Of a stretch of 17,947 nucleotides of DNA, positions 1-7,477 are shown one piece after another. Below the pieces are notes generated by a model. The model did not search any database. It was not told the DNA's origin and saw only the letters and a list, made by a program, of their open reading frames with translations. Each line of letters opens with the position of its first letter. Positions within the stretch are counted from its first letter, which is position 1. The position numbers and the translations under genes are program-made. This stretch comes from Roseibacillus sp. GTDB lineage: Bacteria > Verrucomicrobiota > Verrucomicrobiia > Verrucomicrobiales > Akkermansiaceae. The stretch lies in NCBI GenBank assembly GCA_965242925.1, contig CBDEUM010000028.1:1-17947 (forward strand), given 5' to 3'.

Positions 1-2339
1 GCCCCCTCCCGCCTCCCATCCAGTTTCTGCCCGGTCGCCATCAGGTTGCGATCGTCCGTCACCACCGCATATCCTGCCGCCAGCCTGCGGCACCCCGCCT
101 CGTCCAGCTGCAACTTGGCGAGAACATCCTCCCTGTTGGCCAGCTTGGGATAATCGCTGAACCGGAAAAGCCCTCCCTCCGGCGTCGCACCCGGAAGAAA
201 GGGATCCTCCAGGGATTTTCGCGATCCCACAAAAACGAAGTTATCGCTGATGAGATAGAGCTGGGTGTGGGGAAAGACCGCCAGCATGGTGGCACAGAAC
301 GAGCGCAGCAGATTCTCATCCACGAACTGCGCCCCCAGCCACTGCACGAAGGTCCCTTCCTCCTCAAGGTGATCGCGCACCAGATCAAGAAACTCACGGG
401 TGTAAAGATGGGAAGCTCCCGCGGTCCAGGGATGGGAGGGCTGGGAAACGATCGCATCATAGCGCTTGTCGGTGAGGCGAAGGGCTCCCCGCACATCATT
501 CACGATCACCTTGATGCGCTCATCCTGGAAAGGATCGATGGCCCTCCGGTCGGCAATGAACTGGTTGGCTCGAATCACTTCAGCCTCCAGTTCCACCACC
601 TCAATCGACTCGATTGAACGCGGCACTGCTTCCAGGAGGGCTCCGCCGCCGAAACCGACCACCAGCATGGATCTGGATTCAGGACGCAGGACCACGGGCA
701 GGGCCGGAAGCCACCGGATACTGGTGTAGGAAAGCTTGCCCGCGCCCCTCGCAAAAACCTCAGCCTCGCGCAGACCATTGGTGTTCAGCAGGAAACTCCC
801 CTGTCGCTCCAGGACGGCCACGCTGGCGGAATGCCCCACCGCGTGATGAATGAGCACCGGGGTCTTCCCCCCTCCGGCCCGGGAAACCCCCGGCGTGAGC
901 GTGAGCAACTCCAGAGGAGGCCCCGGATGATAAAAGACCCCCGTGACCAGGACCAGGACCGCTGCCGCCGCTGCCGGAATGGACGGACGCGGCTTCATGA
1001 AGATCAGGATGAGGGCACCCAGCAGGAGATTGACCACGATCGCCCACTTGAAACTCGATCCAAACCCCAGTTCTGGAACGAGAACGTAGCCCGCGCCCAC
1101 TGCTCCGAAAATAGCTCCGACCGTATTCCATGAATAGACACGTCCCGCCATCCGTCCGGCTTGCCCCGGGTCCCTGGTGAGTGCGCGCACCGCCAGCGGA
1201 AAGGTGGCCCCGATGCAGATGGTGGCCGGGAGGAGCAACCAGATGCAGAGATTTGCCAGCGAGCCTGTCGTCGCCTCGCCCCAGCGCTTGTCTGCGAAGC
1301 CGCTCGACGAGAGGTAGAGAAAGAGCAGGAGGGTGATCAGCCCGGCCGCGATCTCCACCCCGGCCAGCCAGTAACAGGAACGCCTCTGCTGCCCGGCGAA
1401 GCGGGCACCCAGCAACCCCCCGATGGCGATCCCCCCCAGGAAGGCCGCCAGCATGGTGGCGAAGGCCACGAGGCTTCCTCCCACTACGTGAGCCAGCAAC
1501 CGCGACCAGAGGATCTCATAGACAAAGGAAACCGCACCCGAGAACAGCATGACCACCAGAATGAGGGTTGCAGAGATCCCGGAAGGCATCCCGGTGAGAC
1601 TCTTCTCATCCTTTTCCCCGGCGCTCACCGCCTCCTCACCCTCAACTGCCTCCCCGGCGCTCACCCGCGGAACCCGCAGGGCCACGAACCAGCCAAGAAC
1701 CGCCACCGTGAGGTTGAGCGCGACTCCGATGAAGGACGTCTGCCACAGGCCCAGCCGCGGAATGAACAGAAAGGCCGCCAGCAGGGTTCCCGCCACCGCC
1801 CCAAAGGTGTTGAGAGCGTAGAGCCAGCCCACCCGTCTGCCAATCTGCTCCTCCCTGCGCACGATTCCCGCCGCCAGGATGGGCAGGGTCGCTCCCATGC
1901 AGGCGGTGGGAATGAGCAGGACCACACAACCAAGGCCAAGAAAGGCCAGCGCTTCTCCCGGGCCGCCATCCGGGGGCGGAGCCGACTGGCCACCCAGCAA
2001 CATGGCATGCAATGCCGCCACGCCCTTGAGCAGCAACGGCACCAACACAGCGGAGAGCGCGATAACGCATTCCAGGATCGCGTAAGTTCGGATAGGGCGC
2101 TCCAGCCGGTGCACCCGGCGGGAAGCCAGGGCCGCTCCCACCGCCAACCCCCCCATGTAAGCCACCAGCACCGTGACGATGGCCAGTTCTGAGGTGCCGA
2201 AGATCGTGGAAAGATAACGCATCCAGACCATCTGGTAGACCAGCCCCGCGATCCCCGAGAGAAGGAAGCACAGCGAAACACCCCAGAAGGCGACGTCGAA
2301 GGTTGCCCCTGAAGGCACTGGGCGCTGGCGGGTGGTCAT
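1..2339 (-). CDS. Fused multi-TM membrane domain / spermidine-synthase-like SAM-dependent transferase (3' end truncated by window edge)
   Basis: Hand translation from the ATG at 2339 gives MTTRQRPVPSGATFDVAFWGVSLCFLLSGIAGLVYQMVWMRYLSTIFGTSELAIVTVLVAYMGGLAVGAAL, a typical N-terminus of fused MFS/spermidine synthase proteins. The same frame later gives MLVVGFGGGALL, VVELEAEVI, VIVNDVRGAL, YDAIVSQPSHPWTAGASHLYTREFL and VTDDRNL. The ORF track lists nothing in this frame, consistent with no stop before the window edge. Confidence 0.9.
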   Translation of the reverse strand, partial: MTTRQRPVPSGATFDVAFWGVSLCFLLSGIAGLVYQMVWMRYLSTIFGTSELAIVTVLVAYMGGLAVGAALASRRVHRLERPIRTYAILECVIALSAVLVPLLLKGVAALHAMLLGGQSAPPPDGGPGEALAFLGLGCVVLLIPTACMGATLPILAAGIVRREEQIGRRVGWLYALNTFGAVAGTLLAAFLFIPRLGLWQTSFIGVALNLTVAVLGWFVALRVPRVSAGEAVEGEEAVSAGEKDEKSLTGMPSGISATLILVVMLFSGAVSFVYEILWSRLLAHVVGGSLVAFATMLAAFLGGIAIGGLLGARFAGQQRRSCYWLAGVEIAAGLITLLLFLYLSSSGFADKRWGEATTGSLANLCIWLLLPATICIGATFPLAVRALTRDPGQAGRMAGRVYSWNTVGAIFGAVGAGYVLVPELGFGSSFKWAIVVNLLLGALILIFMKPRPSIPAAAAAVLVLVTGVFYHPGPPLELLTLTPGVSRAGGGKTPVLIHHAVGHSASVAVLERQGSFLLNTNGLREAEVFARGAGKLSYTSIRWLPALPVVLRPESRSMLVVGFGGGALLEAVPRSIESIEVVELEAEVIRANQFIADRRAIDPFQDERIKVIVNDVRGALRLTDKRYDAIVSQPSHPWTAGASHLYTREFLDLVRDHLEEEGTFVQWLGAQFVDENLLRSFCATMLAVFPHTQLYLISDNFVFVGSRKSLEDPFLPGATPEGGLFRFSDYPKLANREDVLAKLQLDEAGCRRLAAGYAVVTDDRNLMATGQKLDGRREG

Positions 2340-2599
2340 CAGGGAATCCGGGAACACGGCGAGAGGCACCGCAGAGCGATCATAGAAAACTCCCGCTTCT
2401 CCCGCACTGATTTTTTCAAGGACCAATCCCGCCCGTCACCCGATGAAGAAAATCCTGTTCCCGGAATCCTTGGAGTCCTGTCCGGCCAACCGCAAAATGC
2501 CGGGACGAGGAAGTACCCCGGACAAGCTAACGCCTTGCCTACCGCCACATTTCGGCGAAGAGTGGGGATGCTCCGCGACTGAAGGAGCGACCCCGGTCG

Positions 2600-4495
2600 A
2601 TGGGATCTCCTCCTCCAATCCGTTTTCGTCCCCGAACCCTCCCCGGCGCATGGCGCGCACTCCTGTGGGCCGGCGCCGTGGCAATCACCCTCCTCGCTCC
2701 TGGGTGTGGCGAAAGGGAAAAGGACACCGGGAATACACCCACGCCCGACCTCGGAACCGATCCGTCTCCTCTCTCCCTCAAATCCCCGGGGGAACCCCTC
2801 CCGGAAGTCCTGTCCTCCTTTCCACAGGCGCGGGACGACCCCTCAACCGACGGCTGGGAAACGGAAGTGCTGGCGGCAAACGCAAGCAAGCAGCTCAAGG
2901 CACTGGGCCACCTCTTTTTCAAGGAAGGAGGTGCCGACCTGGCCGCTCTCCTCGCGCCGGGCTTCACCTGCGAACCCCTCGTCCCCGCCGGAATGAGCCC
3001 AGTCTTTGAAGACGACTTGGTCCTGGTCGAACGACAAACCTCCCCCACGCCTGCGCCGACCAGTAAAAAGGCCCTTGCAAGCGCCTTGGCAGAAATCCGG
3101 GAGCTTTCGCGGGGCGGCGGCCGAAACCATCAGGATGTGGAATTCAAGATCGTGGGCGTCTCCCCCGGATCCGCCGGCAACACCTTTAAGACCGAGGTGA
3201 TCTTCTCCCTCTCCTTCTCCACCGACAAGACCCTCGTCGAGCATCACGCCACATGGCTCGCGGATTGGAAGCACGAACCCGACCAGAACTCCCTCCCCGC
3301 CCTGGCCCATCTGGCCGTGCGGGACTTCGCACGCACCACGAGCAAGCGCAGCACCCCTCTCTACTCCGACGTAACCGCATCTGCACTCGGCGACACCCCC
3401 TGCTACCGCAACCAGCTTGGACTTGGCTTGAACCACTGGCTGGGCCGCCTTCCCGTGCGCGCCATGCTCAACCGCTTTGGCACACCGGGACTTGCACTCG
3501 GAGACATCAATGGCGATGGCCTGGAGGATCTCTATCTCTGCCAGGAGCCAGGGCTCCCCAATCGCCTCTTCCTGCAGAAACCCGACGGCACCGCCGAAGA
3601 AACCTCCGCCGCCTGGGGTGTCGACTGGATCGATGACTCCCGCAGTGCCCTCTTCCTCGATCTCGACAACGACGGCGACCAGGATCTCGTGGTGGCCCTC
3701 TACGGGATGGTGGTCATTGCCCGTAACGACGATCGGAAACGATTCACGGTCGCCGCCGCCCTGCCTTGTAATCCTTCCACCACCTCGCTCGCTGCCGCCG
3801 ACTACGATCGTGACGGCCTCCTCGATCTCTTCGTCTGCGGCTATGTCCAGGACGACGGCGGTGCCTCCATCGGGGCCGCGAATGACCGCTTCGTCTATCA
3901 CGACGCCAGGAACGGGGCGCCCAATTCCCTCTTCCGCAACGTCGGTGACCTGGCCTTCCATGATGTCACCGCTTCCACCGGCCTCGATCAAAACAACCTG
4001 CGCTGGAGTTTCGCGGCGGCATGGGAGGACTACGACGACGACGGTGACCAGGATCTCTACGTCGCCAACGACTACGGCCGGAACAATCTCTACCGCAATG
4101 ACAATGGGAAATTTGTCGACGTGGCAGCCAGCGCCGGGGTGGAGGATGTCGGGAGCGGCATGTCGGCGGCCTGGGGTGACTACGACCGCGACGGCCGCAT
4201 GGACATCTACGTGGCCAACATGTTTTCTGCCGCCGGTTCCCGCATCACCACCCAGGGACAGTTCAAGACCGGCACCGATCAGAACATTCGCAACCGCTTC
4301 CGTCGTTTTGCACGAGGCAACACCCTCTTCCGCAACACCGGCGAGGGCTTTGAGGACGTGAGCGTGCAGACCGGGGTCACTGTTGGGCGCTGGGCCTGGG
4401 GTTCCAACTTCGTGGATCTTAACAACGACGCCTGGCCCGACTTCGTGGTGGCCAACGGTTACCTCTCCTCCGAAAGAGACAGCGGCGACTTATGA
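2600..4495 (+). CDS. N-terminal portion (product if TGA acts as stop): lipoprotein with FG-GAP/VCBS-like repeats (CRTAC1-family-like)
   Basis: Repeats DINGDGLEDLY, DLDNDGDQDLV, DYDRDGLLDLF, DYDDDGDQDLY, DYDRDGRMDIY and DLNNDAWPDFV, with NxL(F/Y)xN linkers; lipobox-like LAPGC. Confidence 0.9.
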   Translation: MGSPPPIRFRPRTLPGAWRALLWAGAVAITLLAPGCGEREKDTGNTPTPDLGTDPSPLSLKSPGEPLPEVLSSFPQARDDPSTDGWETEVLAANASKQLKALGHLFFKEGGADLAALLAPGFTCEPLVPAGMSPVFEDDLVLVERQTSPTPAPTSKKALASALAEIRELSRGGGRNHQDVEFKIVGVSPGSAGNTFKTEVIFSLSFSTDKTLVEHHATWLADWKHEPDQNSLPALAHLAVRDFARTTSKRSTPLYSDVTASALGDTPCYRNQLGLGLNHWLGRLPVRAMLNRFGTPGLALGDINGDGLEDLYLCQEPGLPNRLFLQKPDGTAEETSAAWGVDWIDDSRSALFLDLDNDGDQDLVVALYGMVVIARNDDRKRFTVAAALPCNPSTTSLAAADYDRDGLLDLFVCGYVQDDGGASIGAANDRFVYHDARNGAPNSLFRNVGDLAFHDVTASTGLDQNNLRWSFAAAWEDYDDDGDQDLYVANDYGRNNLYRNDNGKFVDVAASAGVEDVGSGMSAAWGDYDRDGRMDIYVANMFSAAGSRITTQGQFKTGTDQNIRNRFRRFARGNTLFRNTGEGFEDVSVQTGVTVGRWAWGSNFVDLNNDAWPDFVVANGYLSSERDSGDL

Positions 4496-6451
4496 AGTTT
4501 CTTCTGGCGACAGGTCGTGTCGCGCACTCTCGATTCCAGCGAAATGCCATCCGATCCGGCAGCCACCGGTGCCCACGTCGCCCTTTCCGCCATGATCGAT
4601 TCCGGGCGCTCCTTCAGCGGGCAGGAGCGCAATTGCGTCTTTCTCAACACCCGTGACGGACGCTTCGCCAACCTTTCCGCCGGGAGCGGACTCGACTTCC
4701 CTGACGACGGACGTGCCCTCGCGGTGTGCGACTGGGACCAGGACGGAGACCTCGACCTCTGGATCAGCAACCGCAACGCCCCGCGTTTGCGCCTCCTGCT
4801 CAACGAGGGAAACGGGAAGAACCACTTCCTTTCATTGCGTCTCCGCGGAAACGGGACCTCCGTCAATCGGGATGCCATCGGTGCCCGGGTGGAATTGATT
4901 CCCAAGGCCAAGAGTCTGCACCACCTGGTCCGCTCCCTGCGGGGGGGCGAGGGCTTTCTGGCCCAATCCAGCAAGTGGCTCCATTTCGGCCTCGGAGAGG
5001 AAAGGGACATCGCCGGGATCAGGGTGCGCTGGCCCGATGGCACGGTGGAATCCTTCCCAGGCGTAGCGGTCGACCGGCACTATCTTCTCCTCCAGGGCAC
5101 GGGAACCCCCCAACCGGTCGCCACCGGAAAACGGATAACCGCCCTCACCCCAGGATTGCAGGAGCCTTCCCCTTCCTCGGTCAAGGCCCGCATTCCGGTC
5201 GTCACCCACCTGCGCGCTCCCAAGCTCAATGTCCGCAACAGCCAGGGGCAGGCCACGCTCGGCAACCAGAGCCTCCTCGTCAACCTCTGGGCCACCTGGT
5301 GCGCCCCCTGCCTTGAGGAACTGGGCCACCTCCGCGACCGCGCCGACGAACTGCGCACTGCCGGTCTGCAGGTTCTCGCCCTCAATGTCGACGATCTCGA
5401 CCCCGCCACCGCCGGCGATCCCTCCCGGGTCACCAGCGAACTGGGGTTCCCCTTTCCTTCCGGCAAGGCTTCCGCACCCCTCGTGGCAGCCTTCCAGGAA
5501 TTCCACGACAACCTGGTGGGACTCAACCGTCCCCTGCCCGTGCCCACCAGCTTCCTCATCAGCCCCGACGGGCATGTTTCCGTCATCTACAAAGGCCCCC
5601 TCGAGATCGACCAACTGCTTCAGGATCTCACTCATTCAACCGGCACCGTGGACGAACGTCTGCAGCGGGCCGCCCAGTTGCCCGGCTCCCAACTCTCCCA
5701 CCCCCTCGTGGCCCGCAGCCGGCTCACCCAGGAAGCCTCCACCCAGTTTCGCTACGGCCTCGCCCGCCGGGCCGTCAACGACCTCGAGGGCGCCGCCTAT
5801 TATCTTGCGGCGGCCCGCCGTCTCGATCCCGCTTACGCGCCCGCGGCCAAGGAACTGGCCAGCCTCCACCTGGCCCAGAGTCGCTGGACGAACGCACAGT
5901 CGGAATTGCAGGCCTACCTCCAACTGGAACCCCGGGACGCGGTCGCTCACCAAGAAATGGCCCTCCTCCAGGCCCGCCTTGATCAGCCTGAAAAGGCCCG
6001 GCGCCACTTCGAAAAGGCCCTCCGGCTGAACCCGGACGATAGCCTGGCTCACTTCCAGTTCGCCGCCTTCCTCGCTCCCCGGGACCCCGCCACCGCGATT
6101 TCCCGCTACCGGACCGGCCTCCACCTCCGGCCCGACAATCGCTTCGCGGCCAACAATCTGGCCTGGCTCCTGGCTACTCACCCCCGGGAGGAGATCCGAA
6201 ATCCCGCCGAGGCGCTCAAGATCGCCCTCCGGCTCGACCGGGAGAGCGGAGGCCGAGTAGCCAATCTTCTCGACACCCTCGCCGCCGCCCAGGCTGCCAC
6301 CGGGAACTTTGAGGCTGCCGCGGCCTCCGCCCGCAAGGCTCTGTCCCTGCCCCAAACAGCTCAAAACAAACAACTTGCAGAGGGCCTCAACGCTCGCCTG
6401 ACCCACTATCTGGAGGGCAAGCCCTACCTTGAGACGGAGTCCGCTCAATAA
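2600..6451 (+). CDS. Putative lipoprotein: FG-GAP/CRTAC1-type beta-propeller + ASPIC/UnbV-like + TlpA/redoxin-like CxxC domain + TPR repeats, with one in-frame TGA (candidate selenocysteine, residue 632); ~1283 aa if read through
   Basis: ORFs 2600..4495 and 4517..6451 share a frame (4517-2600=1917=3x639). The junction reads GAC TTA TGA AGT TTC TTC TGG CGA CAG GTC GTG = D-L-*-S-F-F-W-R-Q-V-V. Six DxDxDG-type FG-GAP motifs precede the TGA and a seventh (DWDQDGDLDL) follows it. AAGGAG lies at 2582-2587 upstream of the ATG. A hydrophobic stretch ends in LLAPGC (Cys36). Confidence 0.75.
4496..4528 (+). promoter_or_regulatory. Putative bacterial SECIS element directly 3' of the in-frame UGA
   Basis: Stem GCGACA (4507-4512) / TGTCGC (4518-4523) is a perfect 6-bp pairing with loop GGTCG (4513-4517). 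The stem begins after an 11-nt spacer from the UGA and the loop begins with GG after 17 nt. It contains CAGGUC, as in the E. coli fdhF SECIS apex (GCAGGUCUGC). Confidence 0.65.
4496..6451 (+). CDS. C-terminal portion: last FG-GAP repeat, ASPIC/UnbV-like domain, thioredoxin-like (WATWCAPC) domain, TPR repeats
   Basis: NRDAIGARVEL...GGEGFLAQSSKWLHFGLG...IRVRWPDG is ASPIC/UnbV-like. LLVNLWATWCAPCLEEL...PVPTSFLI is TlpA-like with a cis-Pro loop. ARRHFEKALRLNPDDSLAHFQFA and NNLAWLLAT...LDTLAAAQAATGNF are TPR-like. The annotated GTG start at 4517 has no evident RBS and overlaps the hairpin. Confidence 0.9.
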   Translation, partial: SFFWRQVVSRTLDSSEMPSDPAATGAHVALSAMIDSGRSFSGQERNCVFLNTRDGRFANLSAGSGLDFPDDGRALAVCDWDQDGDLDLWISNRNAPRLRLLLNEGNGKNHFLSLRLRGNGTSVNRDAIGARVELIPKAKSLHHLVRSLRGGEGFLAQSSKWLHFGLGEERDIAGIRVRWPDGTVESFPGVAVDRHYLLLQGTGTPQPVATGKRITALTPGLQEPSPSSVKARIPVVTHLRAPKLNVRNSQGQATLGNQSLLVNLWATWCAPCLEELGHLRDRADELRTAGLQVLALNVDDLDPATAGDPSRVTSELGFPFPSGKASAPLVAAFQEFHDNLVGLNRPLPVPTSFLISPDGHVSVIYKGPLEIDQLLQDLTHSTGTVDERLQRAAQLPGSQLSHPLVARSRLTQEASTQFRYGLARRAVNDLEGAAYYLAAARRLDPAYAPAAKELASLHLAQSRWTNAQSELQAYLQLEPRDAVAHQEMALLQARLDQPEKARRHFEKALRLNPDDSLAHFQFAAFLAPRDPATAISRYRTGLHLRPDNRFAANNLAWLLATHPREEIRNPAEALKIALRLDRESGGRVANLLDTLAAAQAATGNFEAAAASARKALSLPQTAQNKQLAEGLNARLTHYLEGKPYLETESAQ

Positions 6452-6679
6452 TCTGGATCACCGTTTCCTGTCCCTTTCCACCACTCTCCACTCCACCGAC
6501 AATCAGGTATCAAACCTCTCCCTGATAAATATCCTTAATGCTTACTTATTCAGGATTGCGAATAACTTCACCAACATTTACCAGATTTTTTCATTATCAT
6601 CGTTGACTAGGCCTCTCAATTTCCTTCAACTCTAGAGGTTCAAAGAAATTTGAGCCATCGTTCTAAGCCACGCCATAAC
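6452..6679. promoter_or_regulatory. AT-rich intergenic region, probable promoter/operator region of the PEP-CTERM gene
   Basis: Visibly AT-rich against GC-rich flanks. A -35-like TTGACT lies at 6603-6608 with no clear -10. An imperfect dyad at 6615-6654 is centred on CTCTAGAG. Confidence 0.45.
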
Positions 6680-7477
6680 ATGAAGAAACCCATCACCTTG
6701 CTCATCCTCGCCAGCTTGGCTCTCCCGGCCACCGCGGCAACCTACTCTAACAATTTCGACGGCTATGCCGACGGCACCACGGATCTTGGTGATGGCACGG
6801 CCTTCAATGGTGCCTCCGCCTCCATTCAGGGTGGTCGCCTGCAACTCACCATCGACAACCAGGGCCTTGGCTTCGCCAGTTTCACCATCCCCGCCCTGGC
6901 CAACTCCTCGCAGGGTTGGTCGATGTCGGCTGATATCGAGATGTTCGATGCCGTTGGGGGCAACCCGCCGGCCGACGGCTTCTCCTTCAACTACGGTGAC
7001 TTCGCCGTGGGCGAGCGAGGACAGGCCGAGGACGGCATGGCCGGACGTCCGGGCGTGACGAGCAACCTCTCCTTCGAGGTCGACACCTGGATGAACTTTG
7101 ACGCCGAACAGGGTGTCAACATTTCCGGAGTCATTGGTGGGGTCGACATCCAGAATCAGCTTGGGGCTTTCAACAACGGACCCATTCTCAACGACGGCCA
7201 GACAGTGACCGGGACCATGACCGCGAGCTACGATGCCGTCGCGGGAACAGTGTCCTTTGTCACCACCGGCCTCAACACCAACGCCGACTTCGTCGACATC
7301 GACCTTGGCGGAAACAGCGGGGACGACGCCTGGAACTTTGGCTTCTCCGCCCGAGTTGGTGGCGCCAACCAGGACCTCTTCATCGACAACCTGGTCATCA
7401 CCACCGTGCCGGAGCCCAGTGGACTCGCGCTCCTCGGCTTGGGAGCCTTTGGGTTCTTCCTGCGCCGCCGCCGGTAA
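6680..7477 (+). CDS. PEP-CTERM sorting-domain protein with an L-type (legume/ConA-like) lectin-like domain, 265 aa
   Basis: ATG at 6680 gives signal peptide MKKPITLLILASLALPATAA. The C-terminus VPEPSGLALLGLGAFGFFLRRRR is a canonical PEP-CTERM (PEP, TM helix, Arg cluster). PADGFSF and SFEVDTWMN resemble the legume-lectin ADG and VEFDT..N motifs. Confidence 0.93.
   Translation: MKKPITLLILASLALPATAATYSNNFDGYADGTTDLGDGTAFNGASASIQGGRLQLTIDNQGLGFASFTIPALANSSQGWSMSADIEMFDAVGGNPPADGFSFNYGDFAVGERGQAEDGMAGRPGVTSNLSFEVDTWMNFDAEQGVNISGVIGGVDIQNQLGAFNNGPILNDGQTVTGTMTASYDAVAGTVSFVTTGLNTNADFVDIDLGGNSGDDAWNFGFSARVGGANQDLFIDNLVITTVPEPSGLALLGLGAFGFFLRRRR

Noticed and set aside
2339..2548. 69-aa minus-strand ORF whose TGA overlaps the ATG of the spermidine-synthase-like gene
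   Set aside because: It has a GTG start, no motif and lies in the divergent promoter region. The overlap could be chance and there is no independent support.
4493..4495. Genome-wide UGA reassignment (Trp/Gly) as the explanation for the in-frame TGA
   Set aside because: TGA appears to end other genes here (12034, 12209, 17081). The Trp codons I read are TGG, and no other long gene in the window is interrupted by TGA.
4492..4656. ATG overlapping the TGA (TTATGA), suggesting translational coupling to a downstream gene
   Set aside because: That ATG opens a different frame giving 54 codons without recognisable motifs, ending at TGA 4654-4656. It does not lead into the ASPIC/redoxin frame.
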